Below are positions 25,921 through 33,959 of a stretch of DNA of 36,469 nucleotides, piece by piece; position 1 is the stretch's first letter; each line of letters begins with the position of its first letter. Position numbers and translations under genes: made by a program. Source of the stretch: a virus. Its lineage: Duplodnaviria > Caudoviricetes. The stretch covers positions 1 through 36,469 of IMG/VR virus record IMGVR_UViG_3300025139_000037, one strand, 5' to 3'. A model generated the notes under the pieces. The model had not been told where the DNA came from. It saw nothing but the letters and a program-made list of their open reading frames with translations, and did not search any database.

Positions 25921-26127
25921 TTGAACGAGCAACTGCGGAACACCGCGATCCGAATCCTCCGGGAGCAGGAGATCGCACGGTCCACCAAGAACAACATGAT
26001 CCGCAAGCGGTTCGAAGCCCGCATCACGATCGCTCTGACTGCCGAGTGCGAGCAGCGCGATCGTGAGATTGCGGCGATCCTCGAAACCATCAAGATGCTG
26101 GAAGACCTCACACCCGAGCCGGCCTGA
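25888..26127 (+). CDS. Hypothetical coiled-coil protein (alternative start TTG 25921)
   Basis: Helical ORF; AGGAG lies before the in-frame TTG 25921. Confidence 0.7.
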   Translation: MSLNESARRYALNEQLRNTAIRILREQEIARSTKNNMIRKRFEARITIALTAECEQRDREIAAILETIKMLEDLTPEPA

Positions 26128-26405
26128 TGACTTACATCCCGAGAGATTATGACCCGAAAGGCCGGATGGGATCGCGAAGATTACCACCACCGACGCCACC
26201 ACCGGCCAGTCCTGATCAACCGGCAACCGCCCGGCTCAAGCCGATTTTCGGGCGGAAACAAACTCCACTCGCCGCCGCTCCTCTCGAACCCATCTGCGAA
26301 TTTGAATGCCGCATGGTGGATTTCGGCGGATGCGATGGTAAGTGCCGTCTGACTGCTGACACTAGCAGAGAGGAGCCTGTATGGCCTACACCGAAGAGTT
26401 CCTGA
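26127..26405 (+). CDS. Pro/Cys-rich hypothetical protein
   Basis: TGATG overlap. Confidence 0.6.
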   Translation: MTYIPRDYDPKGRMGSRRLPPPTPPPASPDQPATARLKPIFGRKQTPLAAAPLEPICEFECRMVDFGGCDGKCRLTADTSREEPVWPTPKSS

Positions 26406-26632
26406 CACCCGACGAAATCGTTGACGAGCATAGCTCCGACAAGATTTTTCCAGACCTTCCGGACGATATGCGTCCCAGCAAGGTCGAGTGGATGGAATCA
26501 GGATGCATGATCGAGATGGCTTGCGGGTGCATGGTTGAAGTCCATACCGGTGACATTCTGTGGACTGTCCCGCGTGAAGAAGGAAGCCGGCACGTCGTGC
26601 CGGTGGCGATCGACCCGGTGACGATCCACTGA
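26381..26632 (+). CDS. Hypothetical protein
   Basis: GAGGAG SD. Confidence 0.75.
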   Translation: MAYTEEFLTPDEIVDEHSSDKIFPDLPDDMRPSKVEWMESGCMIEMACGCMVEVHTGDILWTVPREEGSRHVVPVAIDPVTIH

Positions 26633-26658
26633 TCTTTACCGATCACCGCCATTTTGGC

Positions 26659-26703
26659 TTGACATTGCCGCCATTGTGAATAGAACAGAGATCGGAGAAA
26701 CCG
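26659..26703 (+). promoter_or_regulatory. Putative sigma70-like promoter
   Basis: Intergenic TTGACA-16 nt-TAGAAC, then GGAG and ATG 26704; CCGCCATT directly repeated either side of the -35. Confidence 0.5.
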
Positions 26704-26967
26704 ATGACCCGTCCCACTCTTGAGATGCTTGCTCAGCGGCTGCTTACAGCACAAGCCGACCTCCCGGTTGGTAGCATCGTTCGCCACTACAAGAATGGCG
26801 ATCTCTACATCGTGACCGATCATTCCATTCGTGAGTTCAACGGGCAGCCGTGGATCACGTTTCAGTCTGGGCCCATCAAGTTCGGCCGGCCGCTGTCGGA
26901 AATGGTGGAGCTTGTTGATTACCAAGGATCGATAGTCCAACGCTTCGAGGTGATTACAAATGACTGA
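26704..26967 (+). CDS. DUF1653-like protein
   Basis: G...RHYK.G.LY.V ... RPL.EM.E.V......RF pattern. Confidence 0.7.
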   Translation: MTRPTLEMLAQRLLTAQADLPVGSIVRHYKNGDLYIVTDHSIREFNGQPWITFQSGPIKFGRPLSEMVELVDYQGSIVQRFEVITND

Positions 26968-27478
26968 CACACCACACCCGTCGCTGATGGGGCCCAAACT
27001 TCTGGCGGAGAAACTACGCCTCCCGGCGTGGAGGAACTGGTTCCGGACCGGTGGACTCCGAAACGCGGCTGCCAACATGCTGGACGATCTCGCAGCAACC
27101 CGCGATGATCTCCATCAGCGGCTCGCCGGGCAGGAGCGGGCCTTCATCAAGGAACGCAGCACCTACGAAAAGAAGGCCAAGGAAGAAGCCAAGAGCCTTT
27201 ACCAACGGACCTTGATGGCTATCACCGAACTGGAAAAATACAAGAAGAACGGCCGATCCGAAGTGGCTGTCGCGGTGATCCTGTCACCTTCTCAGTATGG
27301 TGAACTCACCTGCCATGGCGCGTTCCGGCAAAGCAAGATCGCAAAGCTGGGTATCTATGTCGCACGCGGCGTTTACGGGCCGGTCGTCCTCACACAGGAT
27401 GGGTTCAACGGGTTTACCCGAATGGCCCCTGAACTGGACATTCGTGCCAAGAATCCGACGAACGGGCACGACTGGTGA
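26960..27478 (+). CDS. Hypothetical protein
   Basis: GAGG SD, 172 aa. Confidence 0.8.
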   Translation: MTDTPHPSLMGPKLLAEKLRLPAWRNWFRTGGLRNAAANMLDDLAATRDDLHQRLAGQERAFIKERSTYEKKAKEEAKSLYQRTLMAITELEKYKKNGRSEVAVAVILSPSQYGELTCHGAFRQSKIAKLGIYVARGVYGPVVLTQDGFNGFTRMAPELDIRAKNPTNGHDW

Positions 27479-27942
27479 TCGAACTTGAATATGGAATCCT
27501 ACCGGACATCCTTCGCGTCGAGATATGGAAAACAGCATCTCTTCGCGTGGGAGGAAAACGCATCTGCGTCACCGGTGGACGGACCTACAAGAAGGCCAAG
27601 CTTACTTACGAGCGCCTGAACCGCCTGCATCTCTATGAAGGCGGGATTCAGGAGATCGGGGTAGGCTGCGCCACTGGTCTTGACGCCATGGTCAAGGACT
27701 GGGCCGAAGAGAACAAGATCAGCTACCGCCGCTACGTGGCGGACTGGGACGCCATTGGTATCCAAGCCGGCTGTATCCGCAACGGTGTCATGCTGGAAGA
27801 TTTCAAACCCGAACTTCTGCTGGGCTTCCCCGGAGGGACGGGGACCACAGATTGCATCCGGAAAGCTCGCAAGATGAACATCGAACGAACGCTTTTCGAC
27901 GATGAGACCGATCCATTTCTCGCTGCCAAGCGCTGGGGATAA
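27475..27942 (+). CDS. SLOG-superfamily (DUF2493/YspA-like) protein
   Basis: RICVTGGR.Y; G.A.G.D...WA; Y.ADW...G..AG.IRN..ML; FPGG.GT..C...A. Confidence 0.8.
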   Translation: MIELEYGILPDILRVEIWKTASLRVGGKRICVTGGRTYKKAKLTYERLNRLHLYEGGIQEIGVGCATGLDAMVKDWAEENKISYRRYVADWDAIGIQAGCIRNGVMLEDFKPELLLGFPGGTGTTDCIRKARKMNIERTLFDDETDPFLAAKRWG

Positions 27943-27944
27943 CC

Positions 27945-29201
27945 ATGCTCTACGACATCTTCTCCATCACTCAGGACGGTAACCTCTGGGCTTTCGTCAA
28001 GGAGCAGTTGAACTCCAACCAGTTCAGCCAAGGCGCGATCGTCGCCGGTATTGTCATGGGCATCATCACTTGGGGTAAGTCGATCCCCGGCAAGCTCTGG
28101 TCGGTGATCAAGAAGCTCACCACCATCGACATGCGCTACAATTCGGATTCTCCAGATTACGAGGCAATCTCGCGGTTCATTACATCCAGCGTGATCCGTG
28201 ACACTTTCAGCCGCAACTTCGTCTTCCAGACCGAGACCGGTTTTGATGAGGAGAAGTGGCGCGAGGTCGCCAAGCACCGTGGTTTGACGGCGGGGTATGG
28301 CACGCACTTTGGTATCTACAAAGGCCGGCCGGTGTTGATCCACCGCTATGTTGACGAATCCTCGAACACCACCAAGTTCAAGGAACACACTGTGGTCACG
28401 TTCCTGACGCGATCGAAAAAGACCGTCTACCGCTTTGCTGAGGAGATCGCACGAGCAGCGGGCACCAACATCGGCGGGTTTGAGAACGTCCCGATCCACA
28501 TCAACTCGGACGACTATTGGTCGAAGATGGGAAAGCTCCCACTCCGTCGGATCGATAGCGTGTTCACTGCGAATAACGCCGGCGAGCGAGTGGTCGCAGC
28601 GATCCGGGAGTTCGAATCCAAGAAGGAAGAACACCACCGCCTTGGCCTTCCGCACCACATGGGCATCATGCTTCACGGCGAACCGGGCTGTGGTAAGTCG
28701 AGCCTGATCCATGCCGTCGCCACTGAGACTGAACGGTCGGTCTATTACCTCAACTTGGGCTCGGTGGAGGCCGATAAGCAACTGACCAAGCTCCTCAGCG
28801 GGACCCGCGACTGGTCGAAAATTCTGCTGGCTATCGAGGACATCGATGCCGCCGGGGTTAAGGTTAATCGGGACGCCCAGAAGAGCGATACCAAGAAGTC
28901 GAAGAACAAGAGCGAAGAGAAGAGCCCCATCAGCCTGTCGGCGCTCTTGAACGTCCTTGACGGTATCCTGTGTCCGGACGGCTTGGTGGTGATTGCTACG
29001 ACCAACCACCACGAACGCCTCGATCCAGCCTTGATTCGGCCCGGCCGCTTCGATCACACGATCGAATTGGGCAAGCTGGGTTACGAAGATTTCCTGCGGA
29101 TGGCACGGATGTTCAATCGTAACCCGGCCGACTTCAATGTCTCAAACGACACCACGATGTCTGGTGCTGAGATGCGCGCCATGATCTTGGAGGCCGCATG
29201 A
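27945..29201 (+). CDS. BCS1-like AAA+ ATPase
   Basis: N-terminal TM; LHGEPGCGKSS Walker A; LAIEDID Walker B; LS.LLN.LDG; TTNH.E.LDPALIRPGRFD SRH. Confidence 0.9.
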   Translation: MLYDIFSITQDGNLWAFVKEQLNSNQFSQGAIVAGIVMGIITWGKSIPGKLWSVIKKLTTIDMRYNSDSPDYEAISRFITSSVIRDTFSRNFVFQTETGFDEEKWREVAKHRGLTAGYGTHFGIYKGRPVLIHRYVDESSNTTKFKEHTVVTFLTRSKKTVYRFAEEIARAAGTNIGGFENVPIHINSDDYWSKMGKLPLRRIDSVFTANNAGERVVAAIREFESKKEEHHRLGLPHHMGIMLHGEPGCGKSSLIHAVATETERSVYYLNLGSVEADKQLTKLLSGTRDWSKILLAIEDIDAAGVKVNRDAQKSDTKKSKNKSEEKSPISLSALLNVLDGILCPDGLVVIATTNHHERLDPALIRPGRFDHTIELGKLGYEDFLRMARMFNRNPADFNVSNDTTMSGAEMRAMILEAA

Positions 29202-29428
29202 AACCGATCACCTACGATCGCTGGGACACGCACGTCACCGGGCTGTCACCCCTGAGAGAACGTCGTCTTCTCCAGATGGCTTGGAGCCCAAGGTATGACC
29301 ATAAGAGACACTACGGCGAGTATTGCTTCCTGATGTGGAAGGGCTTTGTCCGGTGGCATCTTGGGACCGCGTTTCTCACCGAAGCGGGAGCGACCCGGCT
29401 TTATGAACTGATGAGCGAGGGTGTATGA
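29198..29428 (+). CDS. Hypothetical protein
   Basis: GGAGG SD, ATGA overlap. Confidence 0.7.
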   Translation: MKPITYDRWDTHVTGLSPLRERRLLQMAWSPRYDHKRHYGEYCFLMWKGFVRWHLGTAFLTEAGATRLYELMSEGV

Positions 29429-29724
29429 AAGTTGAGCCAAAACTGATCTCGGCCGGCCCCAAGGGAGCCATCATTCACGTCAACCGGCAATTCATTGCCC
29501 AGAACGCGAAAGATGGCGGACGCCGACCGGTCTACACGATCAAACCAAACGGCCCGAACTCGACGGCCATTTACGCCCGAGAGGTGACATGGGACGGAGC
29601 CAGCCGCGCTGTCCACGACGGATCGCAACTGGCGTGCGGTGCCCGTGCATGGATCGCGATCGAACCGGGAGTCATGCTCATCCTCGACGACGCCATGCCT
29701 TTCAAGGAGGCCAAAGTAGCATGA
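29425..29724 (+). CDS. Hypothetical phage protein
   Basis: IHVNRQ.I..N.K.G...PV.T.K ... L.CGARAWI motif. Confidence 0.8.
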   Translation: MKVEPKLISAGPKGAIIHVNRQFIAQNAKDGGRRPVYTIKPNGPNSTAIYAREVTWDGASRAVHDGSQLACGARAWIAIEPGVMLILDDAMPFKEAKVA

Positions 29725-29976
29725 AAATCCTGTGTGTCGCTCACAACGCAATGGCTGCCGCTTATCTAAGGCGGCAGGTCAATCCCAAGAAGGTCAAGGT
29801 GGTTTCGCCGGGGGGATCGTCTGGGCAGCCGGTTTGACCTGATTTTCGTGACCGATCAGTATCGGCGAGAGCAGCATTTCGAAAGCGATGCTGTCCGAGA
29901 AAGGAACCTGCAATGGTTCCGGGAATCGGTGGAGACCCGGCTGTCCGGCCCGGATGCCCGTCTGGTATTCCTATGA
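29721..29976 (+). pseudogene. Frameshifted ~84 aa gene (one extra G in a G6 run at 29810-29815)
   Basis: AAGGAGG SD and ATGA overlap; frame 0 stops at 29837; the +1 frame continues DRLGSRFDLIFVTD...RLVFL to TGA 29976. Confidence 0.6.
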
Positions 29977-29980
29977 CCTA

Positions 29981-30051
29981 TTGACAGGATGGATGCACCG
30001 TCTTAGCTCTCTCCCCGCACTATCAACAGTGCGAATCAAAGGAGACTTACG
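29981..30051 (+). promoter_or_regulatory. Putative sigma70 promoter and structured leader
   Basis: TTGACA-17 nt-TAGCTC; hairpin CGCACT-ATCAAC-AGTGCG; GAATC; AAGGAG SD. Confidence 0.65.
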
Positions 30052-30306
30052 ATGAACCAGCAGAGCAATCAGGCTGTGGCTTCCAAGAACTTCCCCAACC
30101 TCGACGAGGCGACGGCGAAGACCCTCCTGCGTGAAGGCTCGATCGGCCGTCAGCGCCAGTCCGGCAACCTGTCTTCGGATCAGGAACAGGACATCCGCAT
30201 GGGCAAGCAGGACCAGTCGATCGGATACGACGATGCGGTCTACGCCCTGACCAACGCGGACAAGGTGTGGCCGGCTGTCGAGCAGAGCATCGGCAAGCAG
30301 ACCTGA
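30052..30306 (+). CDS. Hydrophilic hypothetical protein, monocistronic
   Basis: Has its own promoter, SD and terminator; Gln/Ser/Asp-rich, 84 aa. Confidence 0.8.
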   Translation: MNQQSNQAVASKNFPNLDEATAKTLLREGSIGRQRQSGNLSSDQEQDIRMGKQDQSIGYDDAVYALTNADKVWPAVEQSIGKQT

Positions 30307-30333
30307 CAACACACGGCGGTGTTGAATCAAGAG

Positions 30334-30365
30334 AAGGCCCGGCTTAACCGCCGGGCTTTTTTTTT
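30334..30365 (+). terminator. Rho-independent terminator, possibly bidirectional
   Basis: GCCCGGC-TTAACC-GCCGGGC followed by T9; preceded by a purine/A-rich tract and a second hairpin CAACAC-N6-GTGTTG (30307-30324). Confidence 0.9.
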
Positions 30366-30429
30366 ATTCGAAGAGGGCGAAGAAACCACGAGCGGCCAAC
30401 GCACCAACAGCCATTTCGATGATAAACAT
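30364..30429 (-). CDS. Putative 21-aa hydrophobic peptide MFIIEMAVGALAARGFFALFE
   Basis: Minus strand AGAAAGGAG-TTTT-ATG; the TAA stop overlaps the terminator T-tract. Confidence 0.5.
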   Translation of the reverse strand: MFIIEMAVGALAARGFFALFE

Positions 30430-30518
30430 AAAACTCCTTTCTGGTTGCACGTAGATAGAACGAACTCATGGAGTAGACGTTCCTTTATGCGGTGGAACGA
30501 GCCTGACATGCAATGAGC

Positions 30519-30576
30519 TTGACGAACCGGAAGAATTATCCTAGACGATTCGCAACGGTAACAGACGGAGACAGAT
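30519..30576 (+). promoter_or_regulatory. Repeated promoter/leader/RBS element, copy 8
   Basis: TTGACG AACCGGAAGAATTATCC TAGACGATTC GCAACGGTAACAGACGGAGAC, then ATG 30577. Confidence 0.85.
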
Positions 30577-30804
30577 ATGCTGAATGCTCAGATCACGAAC
30601 ACCTTCATCGGACAGGAATACGGCTGGGACTTCGTGTCCGACGCTGACCCGGCCATGCTGCGACAGAATCGCGAGTCGATGATGTTTGTCATCGAAAACC
30701 CGGACCGCTTCCCGAACGCAGATTTTGCCAAGGCGGAGCAGATGGTCCGCGAGATCGATACCTTCTTCAACGCCCACGGGTTTCTGCTGGAGCAGTTCGC
30801 TTGA
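30577..30804 (+). CDS. Hypothetical protein
   Basis: First gene after copy 8. Confidence 0.8.
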   Translation: MLNAQITNTFIGQEYGWDFVSDADPAMLRQNRESMMFVIENPDRFPNADFAKAEQMVREIDTFFNAHGFLLEQFA

Positions 30805-31043
30805 GCAGTCGAAAACCACCGGTTCCGACCGCGCTTTTACCGGCCAATGCATGGTGGGACGACCCACGACGGGCTACCTACTCCACAGCGTTGGACCACC
30901 CTTCGGTCATCTTGGTGGAAGTGGGATACCAGATGGAAGCCTACTGGGGACCTCAGTTTGTGGCTGATCATTTCCGCACATTGGCTGCTCAGTTCGACGA
31001 GCGCCAAAAAATTTTCGAAAACCAGCAGAGGAAGAAAGACTAA
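30801..31043 (+). CDS. Hypothetical protein
   Basis: TTGA overlap, GGAG SD. Confidence 0.65.
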   Translation: MSSRKPPVPTALLPANAWWDDPRRATYSTALDHPSVILVEVGYQMEAYWGPQFVADHFRTLAAQFDERQKIFENQQRKKD

Positions 31044-31258
31044 TGACTGAACCCAAGACTGAATACCGCGTTGATGTCCAGACCGATCGCGGCGGCAAGA
31101 TGACCTACATTACCGAGAAGCGCGAGAAGGCTGAGGCGTATTTCGCCAAGGCCAACGAAGCCGAGACCAACGTCTACGGTCTCTTCGGCACCATCACCGA
31201 TGAAGGTGAGTGGGATGGTGTGATCGACGAGTTCGATCGGCGCGGCGAAGAAGCCTGA
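31043..31258 (+). CDS. Hypothetical protein
   Basis: TAATG overlap, GAGGA SD. Confidence 0.75.
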   Translation: MTEPKTEYRVDVQTDRGGKMTYITEKREKAEAYFAKANEAETNVYGLFGTITDEGEWDGVIDEFDRRGEEA

Positions 31259-33501
31259 TGATCACAACTGCTGATCATTTCAACCGGGCGGTCGAGCTTT
31301 GGTATGAACTTACCGGGCTCGACCCGAACGCTAAGTCGTGGAAGATGGGATCGTATTACATCCAAAGCATGACTGACGACATGATCAAGTCCATGGACTA
31401 TGATCCGTCCTTCATCACGACCTACTTGCTCCTTGACGCCTATTCCACGGCTTACTTCAAGGACGCCAAGGTTTCGGTCCACGAGTTCGATACCGACCCC
31501 GACAAGATTTTCGACTACATGGACAAGGTGCGGGAGTTCAAGAAGCTCATCCGCGACCCGGCCATCACGAGCGTGGCTGATGAGTTCACCGATCAGGTTC
31601 GGAAGGCTCTGCTCAGCTACAACGTCGAAGCCGACCGGATCGCTGAGTTCATCGAAAACCGGGCCAATCTCGCCTACATCCGCCGCGACGCGCTAAAGTC
31701 GATCAACCGTCTGCGTTCCGATCACTTCCTGCAAGGTGAAGTTGATCCGGCCGAAGTCAAGCCTGTCTACAATCGCGAGGTGTTCGGATACTGGAACGTC
31801 AACTCGCTGATCGAACATGCTTGTTCGATGCCGGCGGGGATTGCACTCAATCTGATTCGCGACCCCGACGAACTTCACAGCTACTTCGCGTTCTCGATCC
31901 GCAACGGCGGCAACATGATCATGCTGACCGACATCGAGGAATACGCCCATCCGCTCGGCCGCTATATGTCGCGTCGCCCTGACCGGGATATGGCTAATCG
32001 TGCCGAGCGCAACTGGTTTCCTTACCAGCTTCTTGCGATCAAATACGATGAGAAAGGCAATCCCTATCACGACAAATACCGGGCGGCACAAGAACAGGGC
32101 TTGGTTCCGCGTCAGCCGACCCACTTCGTTCTGGAGAAGGTTGCCAATCTTGGTATGGGGGAGATCGTCTGGACCACGCTGATGTTCGACCTGATCGTCG
32201 AGAAATACTGGCGCAACCCGATCCCGCAAAAGGAACTCTCCTACACCAATGAGATGATCCGCCTGACAGATCAGAACACACTCATCGCTCGGGCTGCCGG
32301 ATCGAATCTTCCGGTGGTTGGTTACCAGCCGCTCCAGCTTGCTCCACTCACACCGGCCGATGTCATGACCGACGCGCTCGACGAGCGGGCTATCGGAAAG
32401 CGCTGGGAAGATCACGATTCGCGTTACGGCGCTAATCGCTGGATGGAAGAGCGCTACGGAGAACGTGTGCCTTCCGAAGTTCTGAACCAGATTGGCAGCC
32501 AAGATGGTTCGCAACTGTTCATCGCAGCCGGGGACGGTTTCACAGCACCCAAGCCCAACCGGACCGGTGGTGGAGAAGTCGTCCCTGTGGAAGGTCAGGT
32601 GCATAAGGCGACGACGAAGGGACACCTGTTTTACGGAGAAACCCCGTTGTCGCACTTCGACACGAAGGCACGGACTTACGGACTGGAACGGGTGGACGGG
32701 ACGCTTTTCGGAACTCGTGAGCAGATCGATGCCGACCGAAAGTTCATCGCCCGCGTCAACTTTGCCCGCGCCATCCAACGGGAAGCCGATGACGAATTTC
32801 TGGCTGACCGAGCCAAGGTTCTCAAGTGGTTCACCGACCGGGTTACCGAACGTATCGACTTGCTTCTGGCTTATGCCCATCATGACCGGGTGCAAAAAGT
32901 CCGGCACCGGTGGGGTCGGTTTACACAGACCTACAAAGACAGCGATCCCGATGACAAGAAGCGCGAGCGCTATGATTTTGCGGTGACCAACGATCTCAAC
33001 CGGAAATTGGAGAGCTACCAATACTCTCGGACTACCGGGGAGCCGATCATCACTTTCGATCAGGGCCACAATCGGCAGCCTTACTATCATCGTTGCTACC
33101 TGACTGGTGCCAAGGCATCGTGGCAGCTTGCCATCACGCCCGGCTGCCCGGCCGACCTTGCGTGGATGGCCGGCGTCGAAATCGAGGACCTGCCCATGTA
33201 TCTCCAGCACTGGAATCCGGGCGACGGAGCTTACGTCGGAAACTCGATCCTCGACCGTATCGACCCGCTGGAGTGGAAGCTGGATAATCCGTGGGATCAG
33301 GTGAGCTTCCATGTCAGCATCTATTTGTCGAAGATTGGCCGCAAGCAGGTCTTGAAGACGCTCCCGGCACCGGAAGTGCCTGACGTGTCACATATCTACT
33401 ATGGTGGCATAACGCGCCAGAACGGACGCAGCGCTCGGTCGCGGGTAAGTCACTCGAACTGGAAGACGGCAGAATATATCAAGGAACTCAACAATGACTG
33501 A
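31258..33501 (+). CDS. Large hypothetical protein (747 aa)
   Basis: TGATG overlap; long ORF with GC3-biased codons; no motif recognised. Confidence 0.85.
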   Translation: MITTADHFNRAVELWYELTGLDPNAKSWKMGSYYIQSMTDDMIKSMDYDPSFITTYLLLDAYSTAYFKDAKVSVHEFDTDPDKIFDYMDKVREFKKLIRDPAITSVADEFTDQVRKALLSYNVEADRIAEFIENRANLAYIRRDALKSINRLRSDHFLQGEVDPAEVKPVYNREVFGYWNVNSLIEHACSMPAGIALNLIRDPDELHSYFAFSIRNGGNMIMLTDIEEYAHPLGRYMSRRPDRDMANRAERNWFPYQLLAIKYDEKGNPYHDKYRAAQEQGLVPRQPTHFVLEKVANLGMGEIVWTTLMFDLIVEKYWRNPIPQKELSYTNEMIRLTDQNTLIARAAGSNLPVVGYQPLQLAPLTPADVMTDALDERAIGKRWEDHDSRYGANRWMEERYGERVPSEVLNQIGSQDGSQLFIAAGDGFTAPKPNRTGGGEVVPVEGQVHKATTKGHLFYGETPLSHFDTKARTYGLERVDGTLFGTREQIDADRKFIARVNFARAIQREADDEFLADRAKVLKWFTDRVTERIDLLLAYAHHDRVQKVRHRWGRFTQTYKDSDPDDKKRERYDFAVTNDLNRKLESYQYSRTTGEPIITFDQGHNRQPYYHRCYLTGAKASWQLAITPGCPADLAWMAGVEIEDLPMYLQHWNPGDGAYVGNSILDRIDPLEWKLDNPWDQVSFHVSIYLSKIGRKQVLKTLPAPEVPDVSHIYYGGITRQNGRSARSRVSHSNWKTAEYIKELNND

Positions 33502-33904
33502 CGATCCGCTGATCCTCTACGTCCTGATGCGGACTGACGTGCCTGACTACATGCCGGGCAAGGCAATGGCTCAGGCCAACCACGCCGGCACCCAGTTCAT
33601 CGGAAAAGCACTCCGACGCTCTGAGAAAGATCGTCTCGGATTCGAGAAGCATTTCTTGGAGTGGTATGGTGAAGCACAAGGCTTTGGAACCTGCATCGTT
33701 CTGGGTTGCACCCATATGCAGATGATCAGTCGCACCGCTATTGCTAACGGCCTTGGCCTGACAAATGGAATTGTCCACGATCCGACCTACCCGATCCGGG
33801 ATGGGCACATGATCAAGACGCTCCCGATCGACACCTGTTCCTATGTGTTCGGCCACAAGAGCCGCTGCAAGTTGGCGCTCGAAGGTCTGAATCTTTTCAG
33901 TTGA
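33494..33904 (+). CDS. Pth2-like peptidyl-tRNA hydrolase
   Basis: LYVLMRTD....PGKAMAQANHAG (Pth2 GK.aAQ..HA motif), IVL, V.D, and terminal L..L.L pattern. Confidence 0.7.
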   Translation: MTDDPLILYVLMRTDVPDYMPGKAMAQANHAGTQFIGKALRRSEKDRLGFEKHFLEWYGEAQGFGTCIVLGCTHMQMISRTAIANGLGLTNGIVHDPTYPIRDGHMIKTLPIDTCSYVFGHKSRCKLALEGLNLFS

Positions 33905-33959
33905 CGAGTAGGAAGAATCATCCTATTCGCAACTGATCAACAACACAGGAGACAGGCAC
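33901..33959 (+). promoter_or_regulatory. Repeated promoter/leader/RBS element, copy 9
   Basis: TTGACG AGTAGGAAGAATCATCC TATTCGCAAC TGATCAACAACACAGGAGAC, then ATG 33960. Confidence 0.85.

Noticed and set aside
27732-29057. 441-aa minus-strand ORF and other long antisense ORFs (6738..7634, 10325..11149, 12842..13567, 26386..27078)
   Set aside because: They fully overlap well-supported + strand genes and lack protein-family motifs
30457-30500. GAAC/GTTC words as an alphaproteobacterial LexA box
   Set aside because: The spacing does not fit GTTC-N7-GTTC or GAAC-N7-GAAC
30319-30516. 65-aa + strand and 60-aa - strand ORFs across the terminator region
   Set aside because: They run through the terminator hairpin and T-tract and lack an SD; the 21-aa minus-strand ORF is better supported
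31693-33312. 539-aa minus-strand ORF
   Set aside because: Antisense shadow of the 747-aa + strand gene, expected from GC3 codon bias; no recognisable motifs
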